Assembly: GCA_040954595.2 (NCBI GenBank) | Contig: CM082591.2 | Coordinates: 11,115,309-11,179,308 of the forward strand | From: Balanoglossus misakiensis | Lineage: Eukaryota > Animalia > Hemichordata | Length of the DNA: 64,000 nt | Reading direction: 5' to 3' | Part shown: in pieces, positions 37,647-50,525 of the stretch | Numbering within the stretch: the first letter of the stretch is position 1 | How the letters are laid out: every line of letters begins with the position of its first letter | Made by a program: the position numbers and the translations under genes | Notes under the pieces: model-generated | Told to the model about the DNA's origin: nothing | Database searches by the model: none | What the model saw: only the letters and a program-made list of their open reading frames with translations

Positions 37647-38004
37647 AAGCCTCTATAGCTTGCACTTTTTGCATTATTTTCATGATTTAATTTTCCAACT
37701 TAAATTGGTCCATTTAAATAAGCTTACTGATAGGTGTACATGAACATCTGACCGACGCCCGATTGTGACTGCATGTTGCAATTTGAACACGCTATGTATT
37801 AAAACGGGTGCCGCACCGATTTAATCAGCCTTCATACAAACACTACGCAGCTATCGTGGTATGCGTCGCCAAGAGATGACAAACTGATGCAAATACAAGT
37901 AATAAGGCTTAATGGTGAGGATTTTAAAGGATATGGAATATATTTGAAGTATTTTATTGTGGGAAAAAATGTGTGAAATTTGGCCGTAACGCTAAAGGCT
38001 TTAA
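37647..38004 (+). mobile_element. ~360-bp TTAA-type MITE (Kolobok-like), family A
   Basis: AAGCCTCTATAGC...GCTAAAGGCTTTAA ends; homologous inverted copy at 41225-41695 and a 5' fragment at 53156-53260. Confidence 0.65.
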
Positions 38005-41000
38005 CAACTCTTATGAATCGTGTAGGTTTACAGTTGTCTTAGGTTTCAACTCTCGGATTGACAACAGGCTTGCGTCGTCAAGAGGTGACAAACTGATGCA
38101 AATGCAAGTAATACACATACATGCTATGTATCAGCATGATGTTTGCAGTAGAGCAAGAAAATGCAGTTGATATACAGAACATAAATACCGAAAATAAAGC
38201 CAAAACTTACGGCTTATGTCCCATTAAGCAAATAGGAGAAAATTTCTCAGAAGACAGATGAGATTTTCCACTTAAAGTTCTGTGGTAGATGTGGAGAAGA
38301 TGCATCCAAATTTGACGTGGCTTTTAATCAAATGATGAGTGGTAGCATTCCTGGCTTTGGCTAATAACATTAATACTGTTTATTGGTGGCGTTTTTGAAT
38401 GCAACTCTAAAATTTTCACTACAGATCTGTGTATTTTCCCCCTTTATTTTCGCATATTGTTTTCATATTCGCGTACCAGGTATTTGTAATGTATGTTATT
38501 TAGTGATAACCTCCTTTGCACATGGACCAGAGGCCTGCAAAGAGAGCTGTTATTATTATCAATTTGGTGGGTTGATCAGAACCCTTAAATGAATTTTCAC
38601 TTGCGTTAATAAACCTTCATTATGACGCCTACACTAATAGGAGTTTTTTCATTGATTCACAGACCTGGTAATTTTATAACACGGGCGACTAGGACAGTTT
38701 AATTGTGATGTCATTTTCTGCATCGGAATATCTGACAAAATGGCAATCGTTTACTCACAGGTAATGTTGACTATACGCGTTGAATGTACGTAGTTTACAA
38801 AGGGAAGGGGCAGGGGGGGGATAGAAGGAGGGATGATAGGGGAGGTTTAGAGAGACCGAGATGATACTGTCTCTCGTTGATTGAAATTTCATTCAAATAC
38901 GTTAACACATAAATATTTCGTGCCTGACATAAAGAACAGGAAGTGAAAACAATAGCATTGCTCCAAATTACCTGTCCGTCGACGTCGTGTGTACAGAGGT
39001 AAAATGAGTCATCAAGGAAGATTGAAAAGTACTGCGCATCAACATTACAAGTTAACAGCCTAATGATGCGATTGTAAACCACACCAAATTCTGCAGTAAT
39101 CGGAAATGTGTTTATGGTTAAGGATAATTTCAAAGTGTGATAGTCTCGCTATTGCATTTTTGCAATACCTGTCCGCGAGTGCTTGAGGTCAGATTTCTAA
39201 TCTTGCTGGATAACCATACTATTAGACATGATTGTTTGCTGAGCTACCATATGGAACCAACAAATTCTAATCTGGCATTTTAATCGAATGTGTGTCTGCA
39301 TTTTATTCACAAAAGATATAAATTTCCTCCGAAATTAATAGCATAGCGTGACATGAATATGAAGAGATAAAATGCTTGACAGAGGCGGAATTCTTTACCG
39401 AAGAAATCTTGCAGTTGCCTGGTAACGATTCAACTAACATGCACGCCCCGCAGTCAAAACAAAAATGGCAAGAAACATATGTATTTGCATGTTCACGTAA
39501 TTCAAATGGTTTATCGAGGCATGAGAAATCATTCCACACGGGGATCACTTTTGTAATAAGATTACGACATTTGTATTTACAACACAAAGCGATTGCCTTT
39601 CATTAATTATTTCGTAGAAAGCTGTCATAGTTGAACATTCTAATGATACGCCTATAAATATACCTTTTAACTCGATCTTCAAATTTTCCAGTCAAAGTGT
39701 TTCCGTGGACGTGGTATTGCCAGATCACCTGTTCATAACGGTAAGCCGGTATTATTAATATAATGATGGGTTTTGTTACCAATATAATCATTCTGCATAG
39801 ATTTCAAGAGGACATTGAGATGAGTTCACAAAGGAATTGATAGGATATAATTAACGGTGTTCCGTATGGTGAAAAATGACGTGTAGTTGTTCTATATATT
39901 GATAATCAAATCTGATAATTTGTAAAGGTAACCGTTGTTTGATTGCTGATGACGACATTGTACATACAACTTTGGTATTTAAATATAGTCAATAAGGAGA
40001 TTTCTAAGACCCAATTGAGGAAAAATTTTACAAATGCATTTCAAAGAAGTCAAACATACGTAATTTAATGAATCAACGACTTTGCTAAATTTAATTATAT
40101 TCGTTATAAACACTCTATTGTTTGTATAATTTATAATAATTTTTGACATGTTTTATTAACACTGTATTTGGACATTCCATAACTGACTCGGCTATGGGGC
40201 ATTTAATAAGAAAATGTTAAGTATAAGTTAAATTTGAATATATTGATATTTGCTTTCCCCATTAGCAAGATGAAAACAGCGCTATTCTACATGTTGTTCA
40301 GCTGTCTTCAGTATCAGCAGGTTGGTACAAATCATGATCACAATTGACACATCTTGCCCTCATAGATTCTCAAATATCACTTGGTGGATACACGTTCTTC
40401 CAAGGTTTATAGTGAATGGGTCGTCGTGCCGCATTGGTTTATAAAAATTACAATTCATCCACAAACCCCTGAAATGAGATAATTCTTAGAATGAACGAAG
40501 CAGCCAACCGTAGCGTAGACTGGGCACGACAGCAACTGAAGATCCTTGTTGGTCGTGGCGACTGCAGTGGGGTTTGTGCTGGTATGGGAGGACATATTCT
40601 CATCAAGGGGGACACCCACGCGGCGCGACGACCGCTTCACTATAAATTCCCGATAGCTGCCACTTTTGTATGATCTTACTTACCTTAATGATTAGTGTAC
40701 ACAAACATGTTATCAACCTCTGATTGTGGCTATATATTTAAATATGAAAAAGTTCAATAATAAACAGGTACCACACCCGTTTATTCAGCCGCCCTTTTGA
40801 AAATGTACACAAATATACTTTCGCATTGGTATTATAACTTCTACAAATTTAAGATCGTGTCATCTGTCGACAGACTCGAGGTTAAGGATAGCATTTAACT
40901 ATTTCATAGATTAGAAATATGTTAAAAGTAGCAGCAATTTGGGGTTTCAATCTCTCGCCCAATATTTCTGAAATTTGTGTAAGAGTTTATGTAATTTCAA

Positions 41001-41224
41001 ACGAGGCTGTGTTAAGGTAATCAAACCACAAAAACATGGTCTGGGAGTTCTGGTGGACAGATATTGTATCGAGGAGTAATCGTCGGAAAAATGATCTGTT
41101 TTTTCTCGGTTCCTGGGATGAGTTAATACACGTGTTTCCACATTGGTTTATGTGGAAGACTGTTGTCAATCCGAGAGTTGAAACCTAAGACAATTGTATA
41201 CATACTCGATTCACAAGAGTTGTG

Positions 41225-41695
41225 AAAGCCTCTAGCGCTGCCAAATTTGACATATTTTTTCCACAATAAAATACTTTCCCTATCCTTTAAAATCTTCACC
41301 ATTAAGGCATACTTGTATTTGCATCAGTTTGTCATCTCTTGGCGACGCATACCACAATAGCTGCATACTCTTTGTATGGAGGCCGATTAATTAGGTGCGG
41401 CACCCGTTTAATATGCAGCGGGTTGAAATCGCAACATACACCCAGAATCAGTAAGCTTATTTAGATGAAACAATCTAAGTTGGAAAATATCCTTAAAAGA
41501 CACATGACATTATTGTGTGCAATGGGTAGTTGAATGAGCGGGTGCGGTGCCCGTTTGTTATTCAACTTGTTGATTTTTACATGTACAGCGACAATCACAG
41601 GTTGATAATATGTTTGTGTATACCCACAAGTTAACTCATTTAAACGGAGCATTTTAAGCTCGTAAGTAAAATCATGAAAACTATAGAGGCTTTAA
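41225..41695 (-). mobile_element. Family A MITE, inverted copy with a ~170-bp internal insertion
   Basis: TTGCATCAGTTTGTCATCTCTTGGCGACGCATACCAC is the rc of 37857-37893; ends CTATAGAGGCTTTAA. Confidence 0.65.
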
Positions 41696-43434
41696 GATGC
41701 TGTGTTTATTGTAAACTTCCGAAGGAGAAGTCAGATTAAAGCTGCACAGTTGATGGCAAATACCATTTTGGGTATATTTGTATTTTGTGAAATAAACATC
41801 GATATACAAACCTTTAACATGAAAATAATTGCCCTACCCATGGACTCGGGTCAAATGTACTCATATAACGATATAAGCTTCATAGAAAAAGTCCGATGGT
41901 AAACAACATGTTTACATGAACCGCCGATACTACACGGAAACTGTGACGTCACAATCACGAGACCAGGCGCGGTCTAGCGTGAATTGGAGACGTTCCTTCC
42001 GATGGGTTCTTGCCGATTGCCGCACGCCGGCGGGTATGAAAGTGTAGGGTAAGACGTCGATCCACCGGCCGGCAACACCGATCCCAACATGACCAGCTCC
42101 ACGCCACTTTGAGCTGCACCGCAGTCGGATATCCCACCACGGTTGCCGGACAGCATATGAAGGTGTCTGGGGCCTTTTCTAGTCAAAGTGTACACGTTTA
42201 AAACTTTGGGGTTTTCGGAATTGAAATAGCAGAACAAGAACATGGATTTATACTAATCATGAACGCCAAACAAACGTTGAAAAAGCCAGATCTGAAAAAA
42301 AAATCCGCTGGGCGCGATGACGCGCCGACGTTATTTTTCAAACAATGTAACCTGTCACGCTGAGTTCATATATTTTGCTGCCACAAACAAGTTCATGCGT
42401 AGGTCGAGAAAGTTCTCAAGCGGCCGGGTGATCGCTGCAAGGTTAGCGGCGGCCTCGCACGCCCGAATTTGCCACAAAACTATCAGTCCATACAGCGATG
42501 CGGTTCAAACTCTTCCGTTGTATTTCATTTCAACAACACAAATTCAGAATACAACACGGCAGTTTGGTACGTCGTCTCTATATCCTACACCGCTAATTCT
42601 CATCTCAATCGTCTCTCTTCGCAATACGTCGATTCTCTAAAAGAAAGTTCAACAGACGGGATACACTGCAACCCGCGGAACTAGCAATTCACGTCTCTGC
42701 TTCAGAGGAATATACCAACCTGAAGTGGGGGGAACCCAGTCCGTTCAAGCGTAAATGTCCCGGTCAGAAGGTAACTGCGAGCTTCGTAGAGCAGCATTCG
42801 ACACGCTAAACAACTCTCGTCGTTTGCAACACGCCATTTTTTTCCAAGTCCACGTTTTGTCGGACAAACGATTTCTGACGGTTCGACAGACGGTGGGTAT
42901 AAACACGTCTACTTGCGAAAATTCCGCCAATTTTTGTTGAATTTCTTCATATGAAATCGAAGGAGTTTGTCGTTTTAAATACTCGATATATTGCTCTTCA
43001 TCATTAGGAAGTTTCCTTGGTTGTCAGTGCAAAACATCCTCATACAAGGTTCAGAGTAGACTACAGACAATCTCACAGTGGGATTACGAACGTTTGAAAC
43101 GGTAACTTTGTTGCAAAATAAACAAAGTGCGGTATTCACTGTATTCATTGTATGACGTAACGTTTACGTCGCAATATTTGTGTGTTTATAAAAATATATG
43201 GGTACGTACCCATAAAATTTATTTTTATTATTATTTTACATTCTGAACCATGGCAACTGACCAAATCACTCGTGAGTTATTTTATTTCGGCAAGTAAAGT
43301 ATTATACAAACAAAAGTTAAGAGTTTTATGCTACCAAAGTAAATTGTCATTATCATCAACTGTGCAGCTTTAAGACAGATCAGTGACACGAAACGAAGAG
43401 TGGTATATTATTTGTTGACAACTGGAAGTGTAGA

Positions 43435-43999
43435 ATTATATTATATCATGCTACCATCCGCGATTCTGATTGGACGAGAGCTGAATCCAGCAATGGTAAA
43501 ATACTGTTTTACCACTGCTGGCAGTGGTAAAACGGGCCCCTGAACTAGCATACGGCAGCAAAATGTGCGGTTAAACCACAGTCGCGCGTGTTTAAACCAA
43601 ATAAATAAAACAAAAATAATGTTGAATTAACGGACGTTTTATTTGGAACTGCTCTGTGGATATATTTGTCGCTTTGCCACGCGCGATGCCCGTCTTGTCA
43701 CTTTTTGTCGTCTCCTTCATGTTTAATGCTCGATCCCGGCCGCTCGTGTTAACATTCGTCGTCGCCATGTTGGTTCACGATCGTAATTTCTCTTTCTGAC
43801 ACCGTTTCGGTACAAAAATGACACTGATATGCCCCAAAAACAGTTGTTGATATAATATAATAGCAATAACCCCCGCCTCAGTCGGGTATACACTCGATTT
43901 GGGTACAATTCGCTCCATATAGCACTCGCCTGTCGCTATATATCTCGAATTGTACCCAAATCTCGTGTATACCCGCCTGCGGCGGGGGTTATTGCTTAA
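43435..43999 (-). mobile_element. Non-autonomous element with a terminal ~135-bp hairpin (43861-43995); minus strand reads TTAAGCAATAA...CCAATC...TATAATATAAT
   Basis: Same termini and architecture as 53910-54224, in the opposite orientation. Confidence 0.7.
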
Positions 44000-44666
44000 T
44001 GAGATTTGATTACTGACAATAAATGAGAATTGTACGATGTACGATTATTGTTTCAAGATACGAGGCCGTTGCTGTCCACCCGGATTACATTTATTATGTA
44101 TCAATATTATTTCCACCGATTTTGAAGGTATGCATATAAAGCCTACTTCTACATTATCAAAAACTGTTGTATTTCATTTTCAGACATATGGTTTTGTGGA
44201 CCAAAATGCAGACATAGCATTAATCAAACGAAGTACCCAAGGTTGGCCATATTTAAGTCCATATCTGCAACTTATCTCGGATAGCATAGATTTACTGCCA
44301 TAATCTTAATAATTCATACGATTGGTCAATATTCGGTATTTTTCTTTACTTTGAAGAAATTCTGAGGTATTAAGTTCCACGTATCAAAAGGAAACATCGG
44401 CGTATACGTAGATTACAAATAATCGTTATACATGTACTTTTACATTTAATCTGTATGTTAGTATTGTAGTTCCTCTTCCAATAGCTTTATTGTCAGCGAC
44501 AGTATCGTGCATGCCCTAATGTCTTAATTGCAATAAAGTAAATTTCTTTTAAATAAAAGACTTTGTATAATTGATCATAAAATGAAGTGTAATTAAACTT
44601 TTGCTCTAACGCGTATGTTTCGATGGGAACGTTTGTGATATTGAAGTCTGTTCTTTTAAACGACAG

Positions 44667-47096
44667 ATATTGGTTTATGTGACTGTGTCGAGTACACGTT
44701 CCACATGGATCGAAAGACATGGAGTGAAGCTAATGAACACTGCGGACCTGACGGTATGCTGGCCGTTGTACCGGATGATGACACGCATCATTCACTCTTA
44801 GATTACATCCACAACAGCGGTTTTCATGAAATGGTAAACAGGGGCTTATGGATTGGATTACGTCACATAGCTGGGAATTATACGTGGGCCAATGGTGATG
44901 TACTGTCCAGAGACTGTGATTTCGAAAACTGGGCCCCGAAAGAACCCAACGCTAAAACCAGATCGGGAGAAACACAGGAATGCATTCAGATGTGGTGAGC
45001 AGAACCAATATTCAAAATATGCACATTTAATCAAAATAGCATGTAATGCTTTCACTAAGCCCGTCCTAGACAATTATCGTTTTATGCGCCTGTGCGTAAT
45101 TTAGTGTGTACAAACATCACATCAAATGTTCTGCAAATATTGTGTTCCACGCGATTCAAATAGTGAACTGCTATCGCTTCCTTCCATAGTTCATGCGCAC
45201 CGTATAAGTAGACTTTACTTTTGTCCCTTCGTTTAACCCAATTGGCTGTATTTCCGGATCTCCGACACAGACTATGGTCGCCGCCAACTTGTCTGTTGTT
45301 AGGGCAGCACACTGCCTTACTGCATTATGCATTGCAATATTGACTATATACATTTTTTGTTACCAGAGTCTCTGGGTTGGCACACGTGCATAAGACGATC
45401 ATCGCCCTTTAATACATTTAATTCTACCGGAAGCTGTAAGCCTCCACCCTCCTGCCATAGTAATGCACTGTGGATTAAAGTATGAGTGCAAACGTGCGAA
45501 CTAGTGCGTGGGTGTGTGGTTGTTGGGGGGGGGGGGTAATTACGAGATAAACGCAGGAGTGAATGCTTAATATATGCTTTAACCTTACTGATGGCGTGCA
45601 AGTTAGGGGTAGGTCATTGAACTGGGGGTAGGTGGGCGTTGAATCATTGGGGCATGTGATGTTGTGTGAATTCCCGCACTACAAATGTAGTCATGAAGTT
45701 TATATCATACAAGTGAGCCCAGCGGAAAATGTCCTTTTCAGAAAAAAATAATCGTAATTTTATAATTAATAAATATTCAAACAACTGTCTATATGCCAAG
45801 AACGGTATTTTAGACCAGTTCGTATTTCCAAGTACTTCTATCATTGTTTTAATAAAAACACAAACGCATATTCAGCAATTGTGATTTTTACACACGTGAT
45901 AGTCGCTGATAAAATTTAATACTTTGCATTTTTGACATTTGTAGGAAAAAAGCTAATTATGAGTGGGATGACGACTTTTGTTCAAAAGGCAAAAGTTTTA
46001 TCTGTATGAAATATGGTAAGTTTTTATTATTCTGTCCATCATTAAATACATCAATGGATCGAAATTTCCAACTGGTTATGACTGCCATGGCGTCATGGCT
46101 ATGTTGATGTCAATCTGTCTGTTGTTTGCATGAGCAGGACTAAAAGCATTTAGGGCGTAAACATAACTACGTAATACATTATAGATATTGAGGCTTTTAT
46201 TTTGATAACTGTTGCAGCTTGAATTTGAGAAGTCTTGTCATGAAGCCTTGTTCTGTAAGGCTAGCAAAAACTCTATAGAATGACAGATACAATAGTTCGC
46301 CGAAAATGTTTGTCTGTGGTTAAGGGAATGTCGATTTTTATACACCTATTGCGAATGGTGACCGGGAGTGCGCGGTATCTTGTATCCAGATGGCTATGCA
46401 ACCCACAAATAGTGGTCAAAATAGCATTTCATGGCTGTGCATTTCAATATATTATATGTCTCTTATAATAGTAATTGTCGAAAAACTAAAAAGATACTTG
46501 TACACATTCCTCATTAAGAACTCGATATGCAAAGGCACATTACATTTTGATCAAAATCGCCGGATTCACATTTTGCAGCTGCTGAGAAATTAGAGAACGA
46601 AGACGCCATCGAATCGTTCAATTTTCGTGTCAGTAGAATGATATAAGATGAAAAGTAGAATTATCAGTTCGTTTTGAATGGATGGATTTTACAGAGTTGA
46701 CGGTATCAAAATACATGTATATCATTTCATTTTGGTCACAGCTATGCTCACGTACATCATCACAATAATAAGCTTTAGTTAACACTGGCATGTCAACAAT
46801 ATCAGCAATTTCATATTTGGTCGATATAAACTACTGCATGGAAGTCGTTTATATATTCGAATAAAGCACTTGGCATGCTTTATCATACAAAATACAATCT
46901 TAAATAAACACTAATTAACCATTAATATACATGGCAAAGATCTTCACATTTCTGAAATGTCGAAATTCATAAATTTTATTTTTCAAGCCTGGCTTTTCGA
47001 CCAGAAGACTGACCCGACTATGTGTCATTAAACTGTTCATGATCTTTTCGGTCTATTTCAGAGTGTCCCGAAGGTTGCTCTGCTTGTGTCGAATAG
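44667..47096 (+). CDS. C-type lectin gene 1 (single CTLD, EPN/WDD); exons 44667-44994, 45945-46015, 47062-47096; start codon not identified
   Basis: GT-AG exons splice in frame: IGLCDCVEY..TWSEANEHC..LWIGL..NWAPKEPN..ECIQMW|KKANYEWDDDFCSKGKSFICMKY|ECPEGCSACVE*. Candidate upstream exon at 44184-44241. Confidence 0.85.
45071..45412 (+). mobile_element. TTAA-type MITE family B, degenerate copy in a lectin 1 intron
   Basis: Shares GATCTCCGACACAGACTATGGTCGCCGCCA and the 3' end (CATAAG.CGATC.TCGCCCTT.AA) with 50188-50525. Confidence 0.65.
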
Positions 47097-47627
47097 AATC
47101 TAATGCGGAAGAGATCTAGACACCAGTAAGCATTGCTAACACCATGCTGTAACGGAACAGATAATACATTACTTCTGTACTTAGTCATTCCAGCAATATT
47201 ACAAATTCACTTTTCTCAATAACGCGTTACACATTAAAAAAGCAGCACGCTTTATTGCTAATTTTCAGAAACATGACACCCATTAAACATTTTTATGTAA
47301 AAGTTCATTGGAATCCCAATTTTTCAGATTTAACGATTTTTTAAAGAGTTGACAATATCGAAACTTTTCTGGAAACTCTTATTTGTTTTTGTTAAGAGTG
47401 GCCCCATAATATGATGTTACCATGGGGCAAATGTGTATTTTAAATTGTCAAAGCCCAATTGAATTTGACAATAGAACAGAAGTTCCTCATTTCTATAAAA
47501 GACACTTATTCTCATTTAGCCAGACGGGGAATGGAACACAAACACACTAATCGTTGCAATCGAGTTTTTAAAAATGATATATGGCTGATAACATTTGCTG
47601 CCAGTCCAATATTAGATATACACCGGA

Positions 47628-47706
47628 GATGATGATATTGATGGTGGTGGTGGTGGTGGTGGTGGTGATGTTGATGATGTTGATGTTGATGGTGATTATC
47701 ATCATT
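47628..47706. repeat. (GGT)n/(GAT)n microsatellite
   Basis: Direct inspection of the sequence. Confidence 0.85.
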
Positions 47707-49120
47707 TCATTGTGTCCTCTTTTAATCTCGGAAAAGCTTCGTTAAATATTATAATAGCGTGTTTTTTCAAAAACATTTCTCAGCTAAGCCTGCAGCACAT
47801 GTACAATACTTGCAAGTATTGTTTCAATATATTTAGTGTAGCATTTTAATACGATATTCAAAAGAATATCTGAGAATTTCTGTCAACGACCCAATTTCTG
47901 AAAGATTGTCATGTTTGAGTAGAGTTTCTGAGAAAATGCCGCTTATGTTTCTTCACTCAACGTCTGGTCATTGGTTAAAATATCTGTAAAAGACGGTCGG
48001 ATTATTTGACTCAGTCTTTGGGGGAAACTCTCTTGTCATGACATGGTACGGGAGGTGTTTGTTAATTGGTCATCAGTAATTCAACATGATGTTCCGACTC
48101 ACCAATCAGAACTTTTATCTAGTCCAATGGATATTTGTTCATTTTTTCTGTTAGCGGAATTTACATATACATTTCAAGTCATTTCAATAAAAAAATGGTT
48201 TGCCTATTAATGTTACAGAAGCGTTTGCTCATATACACGTACATGTACAATAAATCAAATCTCCGGATCGCAATTACGTTTTTATGCGTAGCTCTGTAAT
48301 AAAAATGGATTTACACAATCGTCTTGTAGTTTTCATTTGCATTTCATTTGTTATGCGACTTGTGATTCTACATTTCCTAGCATCTCGAAAAAGGTGTCTC
48401 GAAAATATCACTGCTTTTTAAGCTTGAGATCCACCGTGACCATTAATGAAACTTGTTTTAATTGATTATTTCTCCTTATATTTCATGTTTTACCCCACAC
48501 ATTATATATTTTGAATACATTATAATGGACTACACTCATGTCGCCATGTTAAAACAACCTACGTAACGTTCTAATGAATGAAACGTTCATAATTTAAGAT
48601 AGATGTATGATGATTACAAGGAACCGCGGATCAATGCTTAGAAAATTCTATTATCGCGTTGTCATGACATCTTCGACTGAGTTTGTTACTATGCGAGCCA
48701 TAAATACACAGTCTCAAAACTGCCATATGTTTGAATCTTAATTTGTTTATGATGAACGGAATTTGCATTCCACGCTATAGACAGCCGTTCCAAATTCTCA
48801 TTTTTAATGCTAAGGTTCTTAACATTCTGCTGAATGATTTATCGAAACCTTATTTAAATAAAATAGAAAACCTGTGTTTCTTTTTATCGAAGTGGTTAGA
48901 TACATGGGGCAAGGGGCTTTACAGATGATGTTATTATGGGAACACTTTTAGCCATATTTGACTGTCATAGAAGATTACTTCAAACCTTCAAAGGAACAGG
49001 ACTTAGATTTGTTACATGACCAAAAGATATCAAACCATCGCTAATATATGCAAGTCATATTTTGGGATTGGAAGTGAGATAGACTCTGAGCAAAACATCA
49101 GTTCAGCTAGTCACAGATCG

Positions 49121-49235
49121 CACATACATACATATACCTACCTACCTACATACCTACATACCTACATACATACATACATACATACATACATACATACATA
49201 CATACATACATACATACATACATACATACATACAT
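49121..49235. repeat. (TACA)n microsatellite
   Basis: Direct inspection of the sequence. Confidence 0.95.
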
Positions 49236-50187
49236 GTCAGTTATTTCGATATCTTAGCAATGATTACACAGCAATACGTTTGTCACACGAATTGTAAGTC
49301 TGCGATGTCATTTCTTTATCTGTTCAAATGCAATGTTATGGAAACGTTTGCGAAAACTTCATTCAACAGTTAACGGTGGACAGAACATATGGTGAACGTG
49401 AACGATTAATCATGGTCTTACTGGAGTGACGTGTGTTTATTGTACAACGATACTCATAATTCTGTATGGTCGATTCGATTTCGCAAATACATATTGTGTT
49501 CACTTTTCGCCAAACTGCCCTTCTTAATGGAGATCGGTGCAAAAATGGCAACCATTCCAGGACTCAGAAAGCGATGTGTTTTATTTGAATCTGTGAACTA
49601 TACATCAAAGTATCTGTAACTTGTTTTGCTTTATTAGTATTAAATCTCCATTGACTGTATCTTTTTGCTATGTTTTAAGCATTTTGTTTTGTGTATCTAC
49701 TGCAGTTTCTTGTTCAGATGCCTGAAAATAATGAAATGTCCAGCATTTAGCCTTTCAACACAAAATATTTGTACGCTCAACTTTGTTATTGTGCCAAATT
49801 TGAATTCAAGTCCAGACTAGTACTAGTATTAATTTGTCAATAATTATTGCCATTACACATAAAGGCTTTGTTGAAAAGTGGAGTACTGGGTTATATTAGC
49901 ATGCTGTTTGGCGTAGACCAGGACATTCCATTTGGTACACTGAACAAAAACATTGATATTAAAGCCAAGAGTTACAGCTGATGGCCCTTTAAGAATCCAC
50001 ATCCTTGTTTTAGTCCGACAACCAGGCCATCCTATTCGACATCATGACTGAGCGGTATTCTGTTTTCATTCCAGCAGTTGAAATCGAATTACTTTCAACT
50101 ACAGACTCTGCCATTTGACCATTGGTCGATGCAATAGAACCTGATCTGTTGTAAACTTCGTTACCGCTCACATGAACCAAATTAATA

Positions 50188-50525
50188 TTAAAGGCCGGCG
50201 ATCGCGTTATGCGCATGTGCGTAGCTTCGTGTGTACGACATTACGACCAATTGAAATTTTCTGCCAATTTGCGTCCGGTGCATTCAAATAGGGGACTGCC
50301 TTCGCTCGCTTCCATCTTTCGTGCGCAATGTATAAGAGACTTTATTTTTTTCCCTTCTTTTCACCCACTTTTGTGTCTTTTCCCGATCTCCGACACAGAC
50401 TATGGTCGCCGCCATCTTGCCTGTTGTTGGGACAGCAGTCTGCCTTATGTCTTTGACTGTAAACAATTTTTACAACCACAGTCTTAGGTTTAGCACATAC
50501 GCATAAGGCGATCGTCGCCCTTGAA
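50188..50525 (+). mobile_element. TTAA-type MITE family B (Kolobok-like)
   Basis: TTAAAGGCCGGCGATCGCGTTATGCGCATGTGC versus rc of the right end TTCAAGGGCGACGATCGCCTTATGCGTATGTGC. Confidence 0.72.

Noticed and set aside
41809-43051. Possible old DNA transposon with AACCTT...AAGGTT ends and a GC-richer interior
   Set aside because: Terminal similarity is too weak, with no TSD or coding remnant recognised.
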